A stretch of DNA of 32,000 bases, taken from assembly GCA_903861005.1 (NCBI GenBank), contig CAIOSP010000009.1, positions 28,692 to 60,691 on the forward strand. Reading direction: 5' to 3'. Positions 25,195-32,000 of the stretch are shown here, piece by piece; the first letter of the stretch is position 1; each line of letters opens with the position of its first letter. A program made the translations under genes and the position numbers. The stretch comes from an uncultured Pseudomonadota bacterium (GTDB lineage: Bacteria > Myxococcota_A > UBA796 > GCA-2862545). The notes under the pieces were generated by a model. It was given only the letters and a program-made list of their open reading frames with translations, was not told where the DNA came from and made no database searches.

Positions 25195-26232
25195 ATGCTC
25201 CACGTCCGGATCCAGACTGAGTTCCTCACGCGCATCATGTCGTCCTCGGACGTCGTGGCGCGGATCCTCGCAGGCCGCGAGCGCGTGGTTCGCGGCCAGA
25301 AGGTGCCGCTGCGGACCCAGCTGCTGCTCCGCACCATCGGCCTGGACCCGCGCCCCCGCTACACGCACAGCGTCGCGCGCCAGCGGGCGGACTTCGGCGC
25401 GCTCACCGCCGCCGGCGCCGGTCGCCTGCGCGAGGTCGAGGTCGCCGATCACCAGGGCCCGCACGGCGTGTGCATCCGCGTCTACCGCCCGCGCGGCACG
25501 CGCGACGAGGTGCTACCCGCGCTGCTCTACTTGCACGGGGGCGGGTTCGTGATCGGCAGCGTCGACTCACACGACGCGCTCACCCGCAGGCTGGCGGAGG
25601 ACGCGCACTGCGTGGTCGCGTCGGTCGACTATCGCCTGGCGCCCGAGCACCCGTTCCCCGCCGCGGTCGACGACGCCCACGACGCGCTGCGCTGGCTCTG
25701 CGCGCACGCCCAGGAGCTGGGCGTGGACGCTTGGCGGATCGCCGTGGGCGGGGACAGCGCAGGCGGCAACCTGGCCGCGGTGGTGTCGCAGCTGGCGCTG
25801 GCCGAGGGCGGGCCGACGCCGCGCCTGCAGTTCCTGATCTACCCGTCGGTCACCAGCCGCAGCGAGCACCCCTCACGCGCCGAGCTGGCCGACGGCTTCC
25901 TGCTCAGCACGCCGCACGTCGACTGGTACCTGTCGACCTACACCGGCGGCGCGCCCGCCCACGACGACATCCGCCTGTCGCCGCTGTGCGCGGAGCGCCT
26001 GAACGGGCTCCCGCAGGCGCTGGTGGTGGTGGCGGGCCTCGACCCGCTGCACGACGAAGGCCTCGATTACGCGGCGCGCCTGACCGCGGCCGGCGTGGCG
26101 GTGGAGGTGCTCGACCTGCCGGGCATGATCCACGGCTTCGTCAACCTGGACGGCTTCCTGCCCGAGGCGGACGCGGCCCTGACCACGATGATCGACGCCC
26201 TCAAGCGAACCCTGCACGTCAGCGGGGCTTGA
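25195..26232 (+). CDS. Alpha/beta hydrolase fold-3 esterase/lipase (hormone-sensitive-lipase family)
   Basis: The oxyanion motif is LHGGGF and the nucleophile motif is GGDSAGGNLAA. GLDPLHDEG (Asp) and MIHGF (His) complete the set. The start is uncertain among ATG 25153, 25195 (weak AGGT upstream) and 25237. Confidence 0.85.
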   Translation: MLHVRIQTEFLTRIMSSSDVVARILAGRERVVRGQKVPLRTQLLLRTIGLDPRPRYTHSVARQRADFGALTAAGAGRLREVEVADHQGPHGVCIRVYRPRGTRDEVLPALLYLHGGGFVIGSVDSHDALTRRLAEDAHCVVASVDYRLAPEHPFPAAVDDAHDALRWLCAHAQELGVDAWRIAVGGDSAGGNLAAVVSQLALAEGGPTPRLQFLIYPSVTSRSEHPSRAELADGFLLSTPHVDWYLSTYTGGAPAHDDIRLSPLCAERLNGLPQALVVVAGLDPLHDEGLDYAARLTAAGVAVEVLDLPGMIHGFVNLDGFLPEADAALTTMIDALKRTLHVSGA

Positions 26233-27175
26233 CCTCGACGGCGTCCGGCGCGGACTCGGCATGTTCGCGCTTGGTGCACTGCATCCACGGCTCCGAGGCT
26301 AGGCCCTCGACCAGGAAGTCGACGAACGTGCGCACCTTGGGCGAGAGGTGCCGACCCGGCGGGTAGACGGCCCACACCGGCACCTCGTCCTCCCACGGCG
26401 CCAGCACGCGCGTGAGAAGCCCCGCGCGAACCTCCGGCGTGACGATCGCGTCGGGCATCCGCGCGACACCCAGGCCCGCGACAGCGGCCGCCAACAGACC
26501 CTCCAGGTTGTTGACCAGGAAGCGGTTGGTGACCTTCACCGTGGTCTCGCCGTCCGGCCCGCGGAAGCGCCACGAGGTGGGCGCCGCGTCGTGCGAGTAG
26601 ACGAGCGCTTCCCAGCCGGCGAGGTCCCTGGGGTGCTCGGGCACGCCGCGAGACGCCAGGTACGACGGCGCCGCCACCGTGAGCGAGCGCGTGCGGCCAA
26701 GCCGACGCGCCAACAGCGACGAGTCGGACAGGTTGGCGACGCGGATCGCCAGATCGTAGCCCTCCGCGATCAGGTCCACGCGTCGGTCGTCGAAGGACAG
26801 GTCGAACCGGATGTACGGGTAGAGCTCCGCGAACTTGGCGGTCAGCGGCGCGACGTAGCGGATGCCGAAGTGGATCGGCATGGTCAGCCGGATGGTGCCC
26901 CGCACCGCGCCGCCGTGGTCGCGTAGCGCCCCCTCCACGTCGTCGAGCTCGGTCAGCAGCGCCCCAGCCCGCTCGTGCAGGGCCCGGCCGGCTTCGGTGA
27001 GCGACAGGCGGCGGGTCGTGCGGTGCATCAGCCTGGTCGCGAGCCGGTCCTCCAGGCGCGCGATCGACCGGCTCACCTGCGACGTAGACACGCCTAGGTC
27101 CTTGGCGGCCTGGGTGAAGCTGCCCGCGTCCACCACACGCACGAAGGTGGCGAGGTCGCCGTACCGGTCGAGCAT
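26219..27175 (-). CDS. LysR family transcriptional regulator
   Basis: The N-terminal wHTH is LATFVRVVDAGSFTQAAKDLGVSTSQVSRSIARLEDRLATRLMHRTTRRLSLTEAG, followed by a LysR substrate-binding domain. The 3' end overlaps the convergent esterase gene by 14 nt. Confidence 0.92.
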   Translation of the reverse strand: MLDRYGDLATFVRVVDAGSFTQAAKDLGVSTSQVSRSIARLEDRLATRLMHRTTRRLSLTEAGRALHERAGALLTELDDVEGALRDHGGAVRGTIRLTMPIHFGIRYVAPLTAKFAELYPYIRFDLSFDDRRVDLIAEGYDLAIRVANLSDSSLLARRLGRTRSLTVAAPSYLASRGVPEHPRDLAGWEALVYSHDAAPTSWRFRGPDGETTVKVTNRFLVNNLEGLLAAAVAGLGVARMPDAIVTPEVRAGLLTRVLAPWEDEVPVWAVYPPGRHLSPKVRTFVDFLVEGLASEPWMQCTKREHAESAPDAVEVKPR

Positions 27176-27774
27176 CAGGGCGTGGCCGCAGGCGCAGGGG
27201 GCGCCTCGGGGGCCGGCGCGGGCTCAGGCGCTGCCGGCAGCTCCGGCATGGGCGAGCGCGACAGGACCTCCATGGTCATCACCGTGACGTCGCCGACCAT
27301 GACCTCCATGCGCAGCGGCGGCCCCGGCAGCAGGTCGGCGAACCAGAGGCGCGTGTGGGTGGGCGCGCCGTCGGGGCCCGCCTCGTTCACGTCGTAGACC
27401 CAGCCCTGAACGTGCCCGAGGCGCGTCTCGAACTCAGACCGCGCGCGGGTGGCGTCGTCGTTGGCGTAGCGGGCGTGCCGCTGCAGCTCGACCCAGGTGT
27501 GCTTCTTGTCGGCGGTCGGGTCGACCTCGTGGCCCGCGTCGTCACGCGTGGTGGACTGCACCAGTACGTCCTTGTCGGTGGCGCCGTGGAAGAGCCAGTC
27601 GCGGATGGTGCGCGTGCCCTTGGCGTCGACGAACAGGATCGACATCTTGGTGCCGTCCGCGCAGGATGCGTGGATCTGATCGGCCGTGAACGGCGTCTCC
27701 AACCAGCCCTTGGCCATGGCGGTCCCCGACGTGAGGAGGCAGACACACAGCGCGAGCGCGGCAAAGGGTCTCAT
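27175..27774 (-). CDS. Hypothetical secreted protein (199 aa) with Pro/Ala-rich C-terminus
   Basis: ATG 27774 gives the signal peptide MRPFAALALCVCLLTSGTAMA. It overlaps the peptidase stop as ATGA (27771-27774). Its own stop overlaps the LysR ATG as TGATG (27173-27177). I recognise no family. Confidence 0.6.
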   Translation of the reverse strand: MRPFAALALCVCLLTSGTAMAKGWLETPFTADQIHASCADGTKMSILFVDAKGTRTIRDWLFHGATDKDVLVQSTTRDDAGHEVDPTADKKHTWVELQRHARYANDDATRARSEFETRLGHVQGWVYDVNEAGPDGAPTHTRLWFADLLPGPPLRMEVMVGDVTVMTMEVLSRSPMPELPAAPEPAPAPEAPPAPAATP

Positions 27775-29792
27775 GGGGCGAGGAACCTCCCGAACCAAGC
27801 AAGGTAGCGCTCTGCCCTATCCTTTTGGTAGCTCGGCGTCGTGATGGCGTGCGGCTGGCCCGGGTAGATCACCAGCTGCGTCTCCACGCCCAGGCTGCGC
27901 AGCGCCTGGTACATCTGCTCCGAGTTGATCAGCGGCACGTTGAAGTCGGACTCGCCGCACAGGAAGAGCGTCGGCGTCTTGATGCGGTCCGCGTGCAAGA
28001 ACGCGAGCGAGTTGTGCATGTAGACGTCAGGGTTGGCCCACGGCGTGCCCAGCTCGGCCTCGTACTCGACGACGTACTGGTCGGTGCCATAGCCCGCGAG
28101 GATGTTCGCGATGGACGCGCCGCTGGTCGCCGCCTTGAAGCGCGTGTCCTGCGCGATCACCGCGTCGGTCAGCATGCCGCCGTAGCTCCAGCCGCCCACA
28201 CCGAGCCGGTCGGGGTCGGCCAGGCCACGCGCGACGACGTCATCGACCGCCGCGAGTACGTCCTGGGCGTCCAGGTGGCCCCAGTCGGCGTAGATGGCGC
28301 GGGTGAAGGCCTCGCCGCGCCCCGACGACCCGCGCGGGTTGGGGCTGACGACGACGTAGCCGTGGGCCGCGAAGAGCTGGGCCTGGAAGTTGAAGTCGTT
28401 GCCGAACTGCCCGACGGGCCCGCCGTGCAGGTGCAGCAGGGTCGGGTAGCGCTTGCCCTCCTCGTAGTCGGGCGGGCGGACGACGAAGCTGGTCACCGAG
28501 GTGCCGTCGGGGCTCGTCACGCGGGTCTGCTCGGTGGCGCCCAGGCGTAGGCTGGCCAACAGCGCGTCGTTGCGCCGCGACAGGGGTCGCAGGCTGCTGC
28601 CGCGCACGGTGTAGACCTCGGCTGGACGCTGCGGGCTGCCGTTGAGCACGGCCAGGCGGTCGCCGCGGCCCACGTCAAAGGCCTCGACCGCGCGCGCCGT
28701 CGGCGCCACTGGCACCACCTTGCCGGACGACACGGAGATGCGGACCAGGCTCACGGAGCCGTCGTCCTCCAGCGTGGCGTAGACGGACCGGCCGTCCTGC
28801 GACCAGCGCACCTGGCCGAGCGCGCGGTCCAGCGCGCCCGTGACCACCCGCGGCGCGCCGCCGGCCACCGGGACGACCGCCAGCTTGGGCAGCTCGTAGT
28901 AGATGAACTTGGGTGGGCCGCCCTGCAGGTAGGCGATTTGCGCGCCGTCCGGGCTCCACGCGGGGCGCGTCTCCCACTCCGGGTGGTCGTCCGCGCCGTT
29001 GAAGGTGGTGAGCGCCCACGGCGTCGCACCCGCGACCGCGTCGACCACGTAGAGGTCCCAGTTCAGGCCGCGGTCCGGGTCGGCGCCAGCGCGCTTGCTG
29101 ACGAACGCCACGCTGCGGCCGTCGGGCGACCACGCGGGCAGCGCGTCGTCGTAGGGGCCCGAGGTCAGCGGGGTGGCGACGCGACCGTCCAGGTCGAAGC
29201 GGACGAGGTGCTCGCGGCGCGCGCCCAGGTAGCCGACCTCGTCCTCCTTGAACTTGTAGCGGTCGATGACAATCGGGGCGGGCGTGCAGGGCGTGTCGCC
29301 GTCGGCCTCGCAGGGGTTGGACTCCGGATCGAGCACGACCAGCGCCAGCGAGCGGCCGTCGGGGGACCATACGAAGTCCGACACCCCGCCTCGGAGGTCC
29401 GTCACGCGATCGGCCTCACCGCCGGCGCGGTCGAGCAGCCAGACCTGATCGGCCTCGTCCTCATCGTCGCGCGCGGACAGGAAGGCGATCCAGCGTCCGT
29501 CGGGGCTGAAGCGCGGCTGCGACTCGACGCCTGGGCTGTGCGTGAGCTGCACGGTGCGCGCGCCGTCCCAGCTCGTCATGACCAGGTCGGCCTGGCCCTT
29601 GTCCGACGCCAGGTCGAGGCGCGAGATGGTGTAGACGATCTGGTCGCCCTCCGGCGAGATCTGCGGGTCGGACACCTCCTCGATCGTAAACAGGTCGTCC
29701 ACGCCGAGCACCCGGCGATCGTCCGCGACGGCGTCCATACCGCCACAGAGCAGGATCAAGGCTATGAATGGCGCGCGCGCACTGGACGTCAT
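27771..29792 (-). CDS. S9 family serine peptidase (acylaminoacyl-peptidase / dipeptidyl-peptidase-like) with N-terminal TolB/PD40-type beta-propeller
   Basis: The signal peptide is MTSSARAPFIALILLCGG. PD40-like repeats include PRFSPDGRWIAFLS, WSPDGRSLALVV, AWSPDGRSVAFVS and AWSPDGAQIAYL. The catalytic motif is GGWSYGG, with a later GESDFNVP (Asp) and GQPHAI (His). A GGGAGG SD lies 6 nt before ATG 29792. The 5' extension in the ORF track runs through the tRNA. Confidence 0.9.
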   Translation of the reverse strand: MTSSARAPFIALILLCGGMDAVADDRRVLGVDDLFTIEEVSDPQISPEGDQIVYTISRLDLASDKGQADLVMTSWDGARTVQLTHSPGVESQPRFSPDGRWIAFLSARDDEDEADQVWLLDRAGGEADRVTDLRGGVSDFVWSPDGRSLALVVLDPESNPCEADGDTPCTPAPIVIDRYKFKEDEVGYLGARREHLVRFDLDGRVATPLTSGPYDDALPAWSPDGRSVAFVSKRAGADPDRGLNWDLYVVDAVAGATPWALTTFNGADDHPEWETRPAWSPDGAQIAYLQGGPPKFIYYELPKLAVVPVAGGAPRVVTGALDRALGQVRWSQDGRSVYATLEDDGSVSLVRISVSSGKVVPVAPTARAVEAFDVGRGDRLAVLNGSPQRPAEVYTVRGSSLRPLSRRNDALLASLRLGATEQTRVTSPDGTSVTSFVVRPPDYEEGKRYPTLLHLHGGPVGQFGNDFNFQAQLFAAHGYVVVSPNPRGSSGRGEAFTRAIYADWGHLDAQDVLAAVDDVVARGLADPDRLGVGGWSYGGMLTDAVIAQDTRFKAATSGASIANILAGYGTDQYVVEYEAELGTPWANPDVYMHNSLAFLHADRIKTPTLFLCGESDFNVPLINSEQMYQALRSLGVETQLVIYPGQPHAITTPSYQKDRAERYLAWFGRFLAP

Positions 29793-29804
29793 GGGGGACC
29801 TCCC

Positions 29805-29856
29805 GGAAAGCAGAAAGAAGAAGAGCCCGCCGAAGCAATGCTTTGGCGGGCTCTTT
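29805..29856 (-). terminator. Rho-independent terminator downstream of tRNA-Pro
   Basis: On the minus strand the RNA reads AAGAGCCCGCC-aaagcauugcuuc-GGCGGGCUCUU. This is an 11-bp stem with 4 further pairs possible inside the loop. It is followed by the U-rich tail CUUCUUUCUGCUUUCC. Confidence 0.7.
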
Positions 29857-29872
29857 GGGGTATTTTCGATGA

Positions 29873-29949
29873 TGGTCGGGACGACAGGATTTGAACCTGC
29901 GACCCCCAGCACCCCAAGCTGGTGCGCTACCAGGCTGCGCTACGTCCCG
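29873..29949 (-). tRNA. tRNA-Pro (anticodon GGG), 77 nt with encoded CCA
   Basis: The minus strand reads CGGGACG-TA-GCGC-AGCCTGGTA-GCGC-A-CCAGC-TTGGGGT-GCTGG-GGGTC-GCAGG-TTCAAAT-CCTGT-CGTCCCG-A-CCA. It folds as a full cloverleaf with a GGG anticodon flanked by U33 and G37. The T-loop is TTCAAAT. Confidence 0.93.
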
Positions 29950-29959
29950 AGTCGCCGCG

Positions 29960-29988
29960 CATCTATGGGCTGAGCGGCCCGTCGTCAA
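29960..29988 (-). promoter_or_regulatory. Candidate sigma-70 type promoter for tRNA-Pro
   Basis: On the minus strand TTGACG (29988-29983) is followed by a 17-nt spacer and TAGATG (29965-29960). The -10 element ends 10 nt before tRNA position 1. Confidence 0.45.
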
Positions 29989-30018
29989 CCATCCTGAGGC
30001 GCGCACGAGGCGTTCTCC

Positions 30019-30402
30019 TTAGGACCGCGGGACGTGCGGCTCCCACGCGCGCGCGACCTTTAGGCGGGTATTCGCGATCTTCTGCCGAAGATCGTCGAGT
30101 CGCTGACGCACGTCCGACTGACGCGGCTCTTCTGCGACATCTCCCTTCGCCGGGTCGAGCAGCGCCCGACGCGCGCCTGCGATCGTGAAGCCCTGCTCGT
30201 AGAGCAGCCGCTTGATCTGCAGGAAGCGGACGATGTCCTTGCGCCGGTAGGTGCGCTGGCCCGACTGCGAGCGCTGGGGGCGGATGCGAAACTCCTGCTC
30301 CCAGTAGCGCAGCACGTGCGGCTCTACGCCGATGAGCTCCGCGAGCTCCCCGATGCGGAAGAACATCTTGTCGGGGATGTGGACGTCGATGGGTTCGCTC
30401 AT
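30019..30402 (-). CDS. MerR family transcriptional regulator (127 aa)
   Basis: ATG 30402 gives [81 protein letters not shown]. This is a MerR-type HTH and wing. Confidence 0.88.
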   Translation of the reverse strand: MSEPIDVHIPDKMFFRIGELAELIGVEPHVLRYWEQEFRIRPQRSQSGQRTYRRKDIVRFLQIKRLLYEQGFTIAGARRALLDPAKGDVAEEPRQSDVRQRLDDLRQKIANTRLKVARAWEPHVPRS

Positions 30403-30419
30403 CCAGGTCTCCTCAAGCG

Positions 30420-30890
30420 TCACTTGACGGTGGCGGGCTCCGGCTCCGCGGCCCACAGCAGGAACGCGAACGAGTCCGTGCGCTGCTCGCCCACCACACC
30501 CTGCGACGTCACGTCGAGCACCCAGACGCCCGCGTCGGCGCTGTCCTGCGCCAGCGTCAGCGTCTGCACGCCGCGGTCGCCCGCGTCGGCCTCCACCTCC
30601 ACCTTGGTCACCGTCTCCGAGAAGGAGTCCAGGACGTGGACGGTGATGCGGTGCGAGGACCCGACCGGACCTCTGCTCGGATCCACGGTGGCAGATCCGA
30701 CGATCACCTCGCCGGTGGTCGAGGTCAGGTCGATCGTGGCCGCAGGGCCAAGCTCGTCCGACGCCGTGACGGGCACGTCGATGACGTCTTCGTCACCGTT
30801 GAACTGCACCCAGACAAGGGTAGGTTCCGTGGACTTCTTGGCGCAGAACGAGATCGCCAGCAAAGGGGCAAAACGTACGGCCGAGAACAT
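30420..30890 (-). CDS. Hypothetical secreted protein / possible lipoprotein, beta-rich (156 aa)
   Basis: The N-terminus [19 protein letters not shown] has a signal-like region. The Cys follows a non-canonical lipobox. The rest is Thr/Val/Asp-rich, consistent with an Ig-like beta-sandwich. I recognise no family. Confidence 0.55.
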   Translation of the reverse strand: MFSAVRFAPLLAISFCAKKSTEPTLVWVQFNGDEDVIDVPVTASDELGPAATIDLTSTTGEVIVGSATVDPSRGPVGSSHRITVHVLDSFSETVTKVEVEADAGDRGVQTLTLAQDSADAGVWVLDVTSQGVVGEQRTDSFAFLLWAAEPEPATVK

Positions 30891-30969
30891 GGATCCCCCG
30901 TCTCACTGTGGGCGATCCTCGTAGCGCGCCGAACCGAGTCCGGCGCGCAAACGAGTCGGAACGAGACGC

Positions 30970-31326
30970 TTACGCGTTGAGCGCGGCCTTGGCCTGCTCG
31001 ACGATGGCGGCGAAGGCGTTCGGCTCACGCACGGCGAGATCGGCCATGACCTTGCGGTTGATCTCGACGCCGGCCTTCTTGAGGCCGAACACGAAGCGGC
31101 TGTAGGACAGGCCCTGCTGACGGACGGCGGCGTTGATGCGCATCGTCCACAGGCGGCGGAACTGGCGCTTGCGCTGCTTGCGGCCGGCGAACGCAAAGCG
31201 GTCCGCCTTCATCGCCGCTTCCATGGCCTGACGCAGACGCTTGCGGCTCTGGAAGAAGCCCTTCACGCGCTCGCGAAGCTTACGGATACGGGTGTGCCGG
31301 ATTTGGGCACGCTTAATGCGGGTCAT
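30970..31326 (-). CDS. rplT: 50S ribosomal protein L20
   Basis: The sequence MTRIKRAQIRHTRIRKLRERVKGFFQSRKRL...RKQRKRQFRRLWTMRINAAVRQQGLSYSRFVFGLKKAGVEINRKVMADLAV aligns closely with bacterial L20. An AAGGAG SD lies 6 nt upstream. Confidence 0.97.
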   Translation of the reverse strand: MTRIKRAQIRHTRIRKLRERVKGFFQSRKRLRQAMEAAMKADRFAFAGRKQRKRQFRRLWTMRINAAVRQQGLSYSRFVFGLKKAGVEINRKVMADLAVREPNAFAAIVEQAKAALNA

Positions 31327-31451
31327 CGGGGACTCCTTGTTGCCGTATCCCGACCGCCCGAAATGGACGGTGGTGACGGCGAGTCAGGTAGGGGGAACGA
31401 AATGAGTCGGACTGGAGGGCGCCACAGCCGGTCCGAAGACCGACGGGAGAC

Positions 31452-31649
31452 CTACGCGTACGGCATCATGAGGCGGACGTGCTTGGCGTCCTGCTCTTGC
31501 AACACGCCCGCGCGGCGCGTGGTGCGCTTCATGTCCTTGCTCTTGTGCTCGAGGCAGTGACGCTTGTGAGCGCGCTTGAAACGGACCTTGCCGTTCGCGT
31601 TCACCTTGAAGCGCTTGGCCGCGGCGCGACGCGTCTTCATCTTGGGCAT
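31452..31649 (-). CDS. rpmI: 50S ribosomal protein L35
   Basis: The sequence MPKMKTRRAAAKRFKVNANGKVRFKRAHKRHCLEHKSKDMKR is the typical L35 sequence. A GAGGAG SD lies upstream. Confidence 0.95.
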   Translation of the reverse strand: MPKMKTRRAAAKRFKVNANGKVRFKRAHKRHCLEHKSKDMKRTTRRAGVLQEQDAKHVRLMMPYA

Positions 31650-31767
31650 GGGGGTGCTCCTCGCAGGTCGGCCCCGTTAACTGACCCGGGGCGGGCGGTC
31701 CAGGGATGCGGTGATGATCCAGGTCCCAGCGAGCCCCGCAACGTGGGGAGCTCGCTGGATCCGGGGT

Positions 31768-32000
31768 CTACTCCTCGCCGTCGTCGTCCGAGCCTTCCGG
31801 ACGCGCGTCATCATGCTCGCGCACCTTCATGGGCTTGGGCATCTTCTTCTTGGTGGGCGCCAGGATCATGAACATCGCCTTGCCTTCCATGCGGGGAGGC
31901 ATCTCAACGACGCAGAGGTCCTTGCAGCGGTCCGAGACGGCGAAGCACTGCTCCTCGCCGATCTCACGGTGGGCCATCTCACGGCCGCGGAAGCGGACGG
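31768..32000 (-). CDS. infC: Translation initiation factor IF-3, C-terminal part (continues past window end)
   Basis: The frame reads ...VRFRGREMAHREIGEEQCFAVSDRCKDLCVVEMPPRMEGKAMFMILAPTKKK, which is the IF3 C-domain. An acidic tail follows. The gene order infC-rpmI-rplT is the conserved one. Confidence 0.9.
   Translation of the reverse strand, partial: VRFRGREMAHREIGEEQCFAVSDRCKDLCVVEMPPRMEGKAMFMILAPTKKKMPKPMKVREHDDARPEGSDDDGEE

Noticed and set aside
22442-29792. A RiPP-like biosynthetic cluster (radical SAM, methyltransferase, S9 peptidase, hydrolases and a LysR regulator).
   Set aside because: No plausible short precursor ORF lies next to the radical SAM gene. The radical SAM protein is MTTase-type rather than SPASM/rSAM-maturase type. 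The peptidase is on the opposite strand, has a TolB-like propeller and carries a signal peptide, which is typical of periplasmic housekeeping S9 enzymes.
21300-29949. The idea that the region next to tRNA-Pro is an integrated genomic island or mobile element.
   Set aside because: There is no integrase, transposase or phage gene. I could find no direct repeat of the tRNA 3' end in the window. Composition and codon bias look the same as in flanking core genes.

Overview
The window is very GC-rich (roughly 70% by eye, not computed) and gene-dense. It looks like core chromosome of a Myxococcota-like bacterium. The clues are a Ser/Thr kinase with a PEGA-type ectodomain, an FHA-GAF sigma-54 activator, many lipoproteins and Pro/Ala-rich secreted proteins. 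I support about 34 CDSs, one tRNA-Pro(GGG), and a few promoter and terminator candidates.

Gene order from left to right:
- 1-2793 (-): partial FGase-family gene, two membrane proteins, ftsB-like, exbD-like and exbB-like genes.
- 3089-5191: alternative sigma-70-family factor (+) behind a sigma-54-type promoter, then a family III CoA-transferase (-).
- 5333-9188 (+): STPK, a small unknown protein and a CarboxypepD_reg lipoprotein.
- 9250-13202: an unknown HTH-like protein (-), then a TPR/membrane protein, the FHA-GAF-sigma54 activator and coaE (+).
- 13234-18901: a small secreted protein (-), NRDE/TANGO2 family protein and S1/P1 nuclease (+), apt and surE (-), ppk1 (+).
- 18933-21245 (-): Suv3-like helicase.
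- 21300-26232 (+): lipoprotein alpha/beta hydrolase, TRAM-less MiaB/RimO-like radical SAM enzyme, Rsm22-like methyltransferase and HSL-type esterase.
- 26219-32000 (-): LysR regulator, unknown secreted protein, S9 peptidase, tRNA-Pro, MerR regulator, unknown lipoprotein, rplT, rpmI and partial infC.

I saw no CRISPR array, transposase, integrase or rRNA. The candidates most worth follow-up are:
- the atypical radical-SAM methylthiotransferase-like enzyme paired with an Rsm22-like methyltransferase (22442-25133);
- the sigma-54 promoter with upstream repeats in front of a sigma factor gene, possibly linked to the in-window STPK and FHA-EBP;
- an unlisted 48-codon ORF at 3948-4094.

All family calls come from motif recognition by eye. 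No database search was run. Many long ORFs in the supplied track are off-frame or antisense artefacts of the high GC content.
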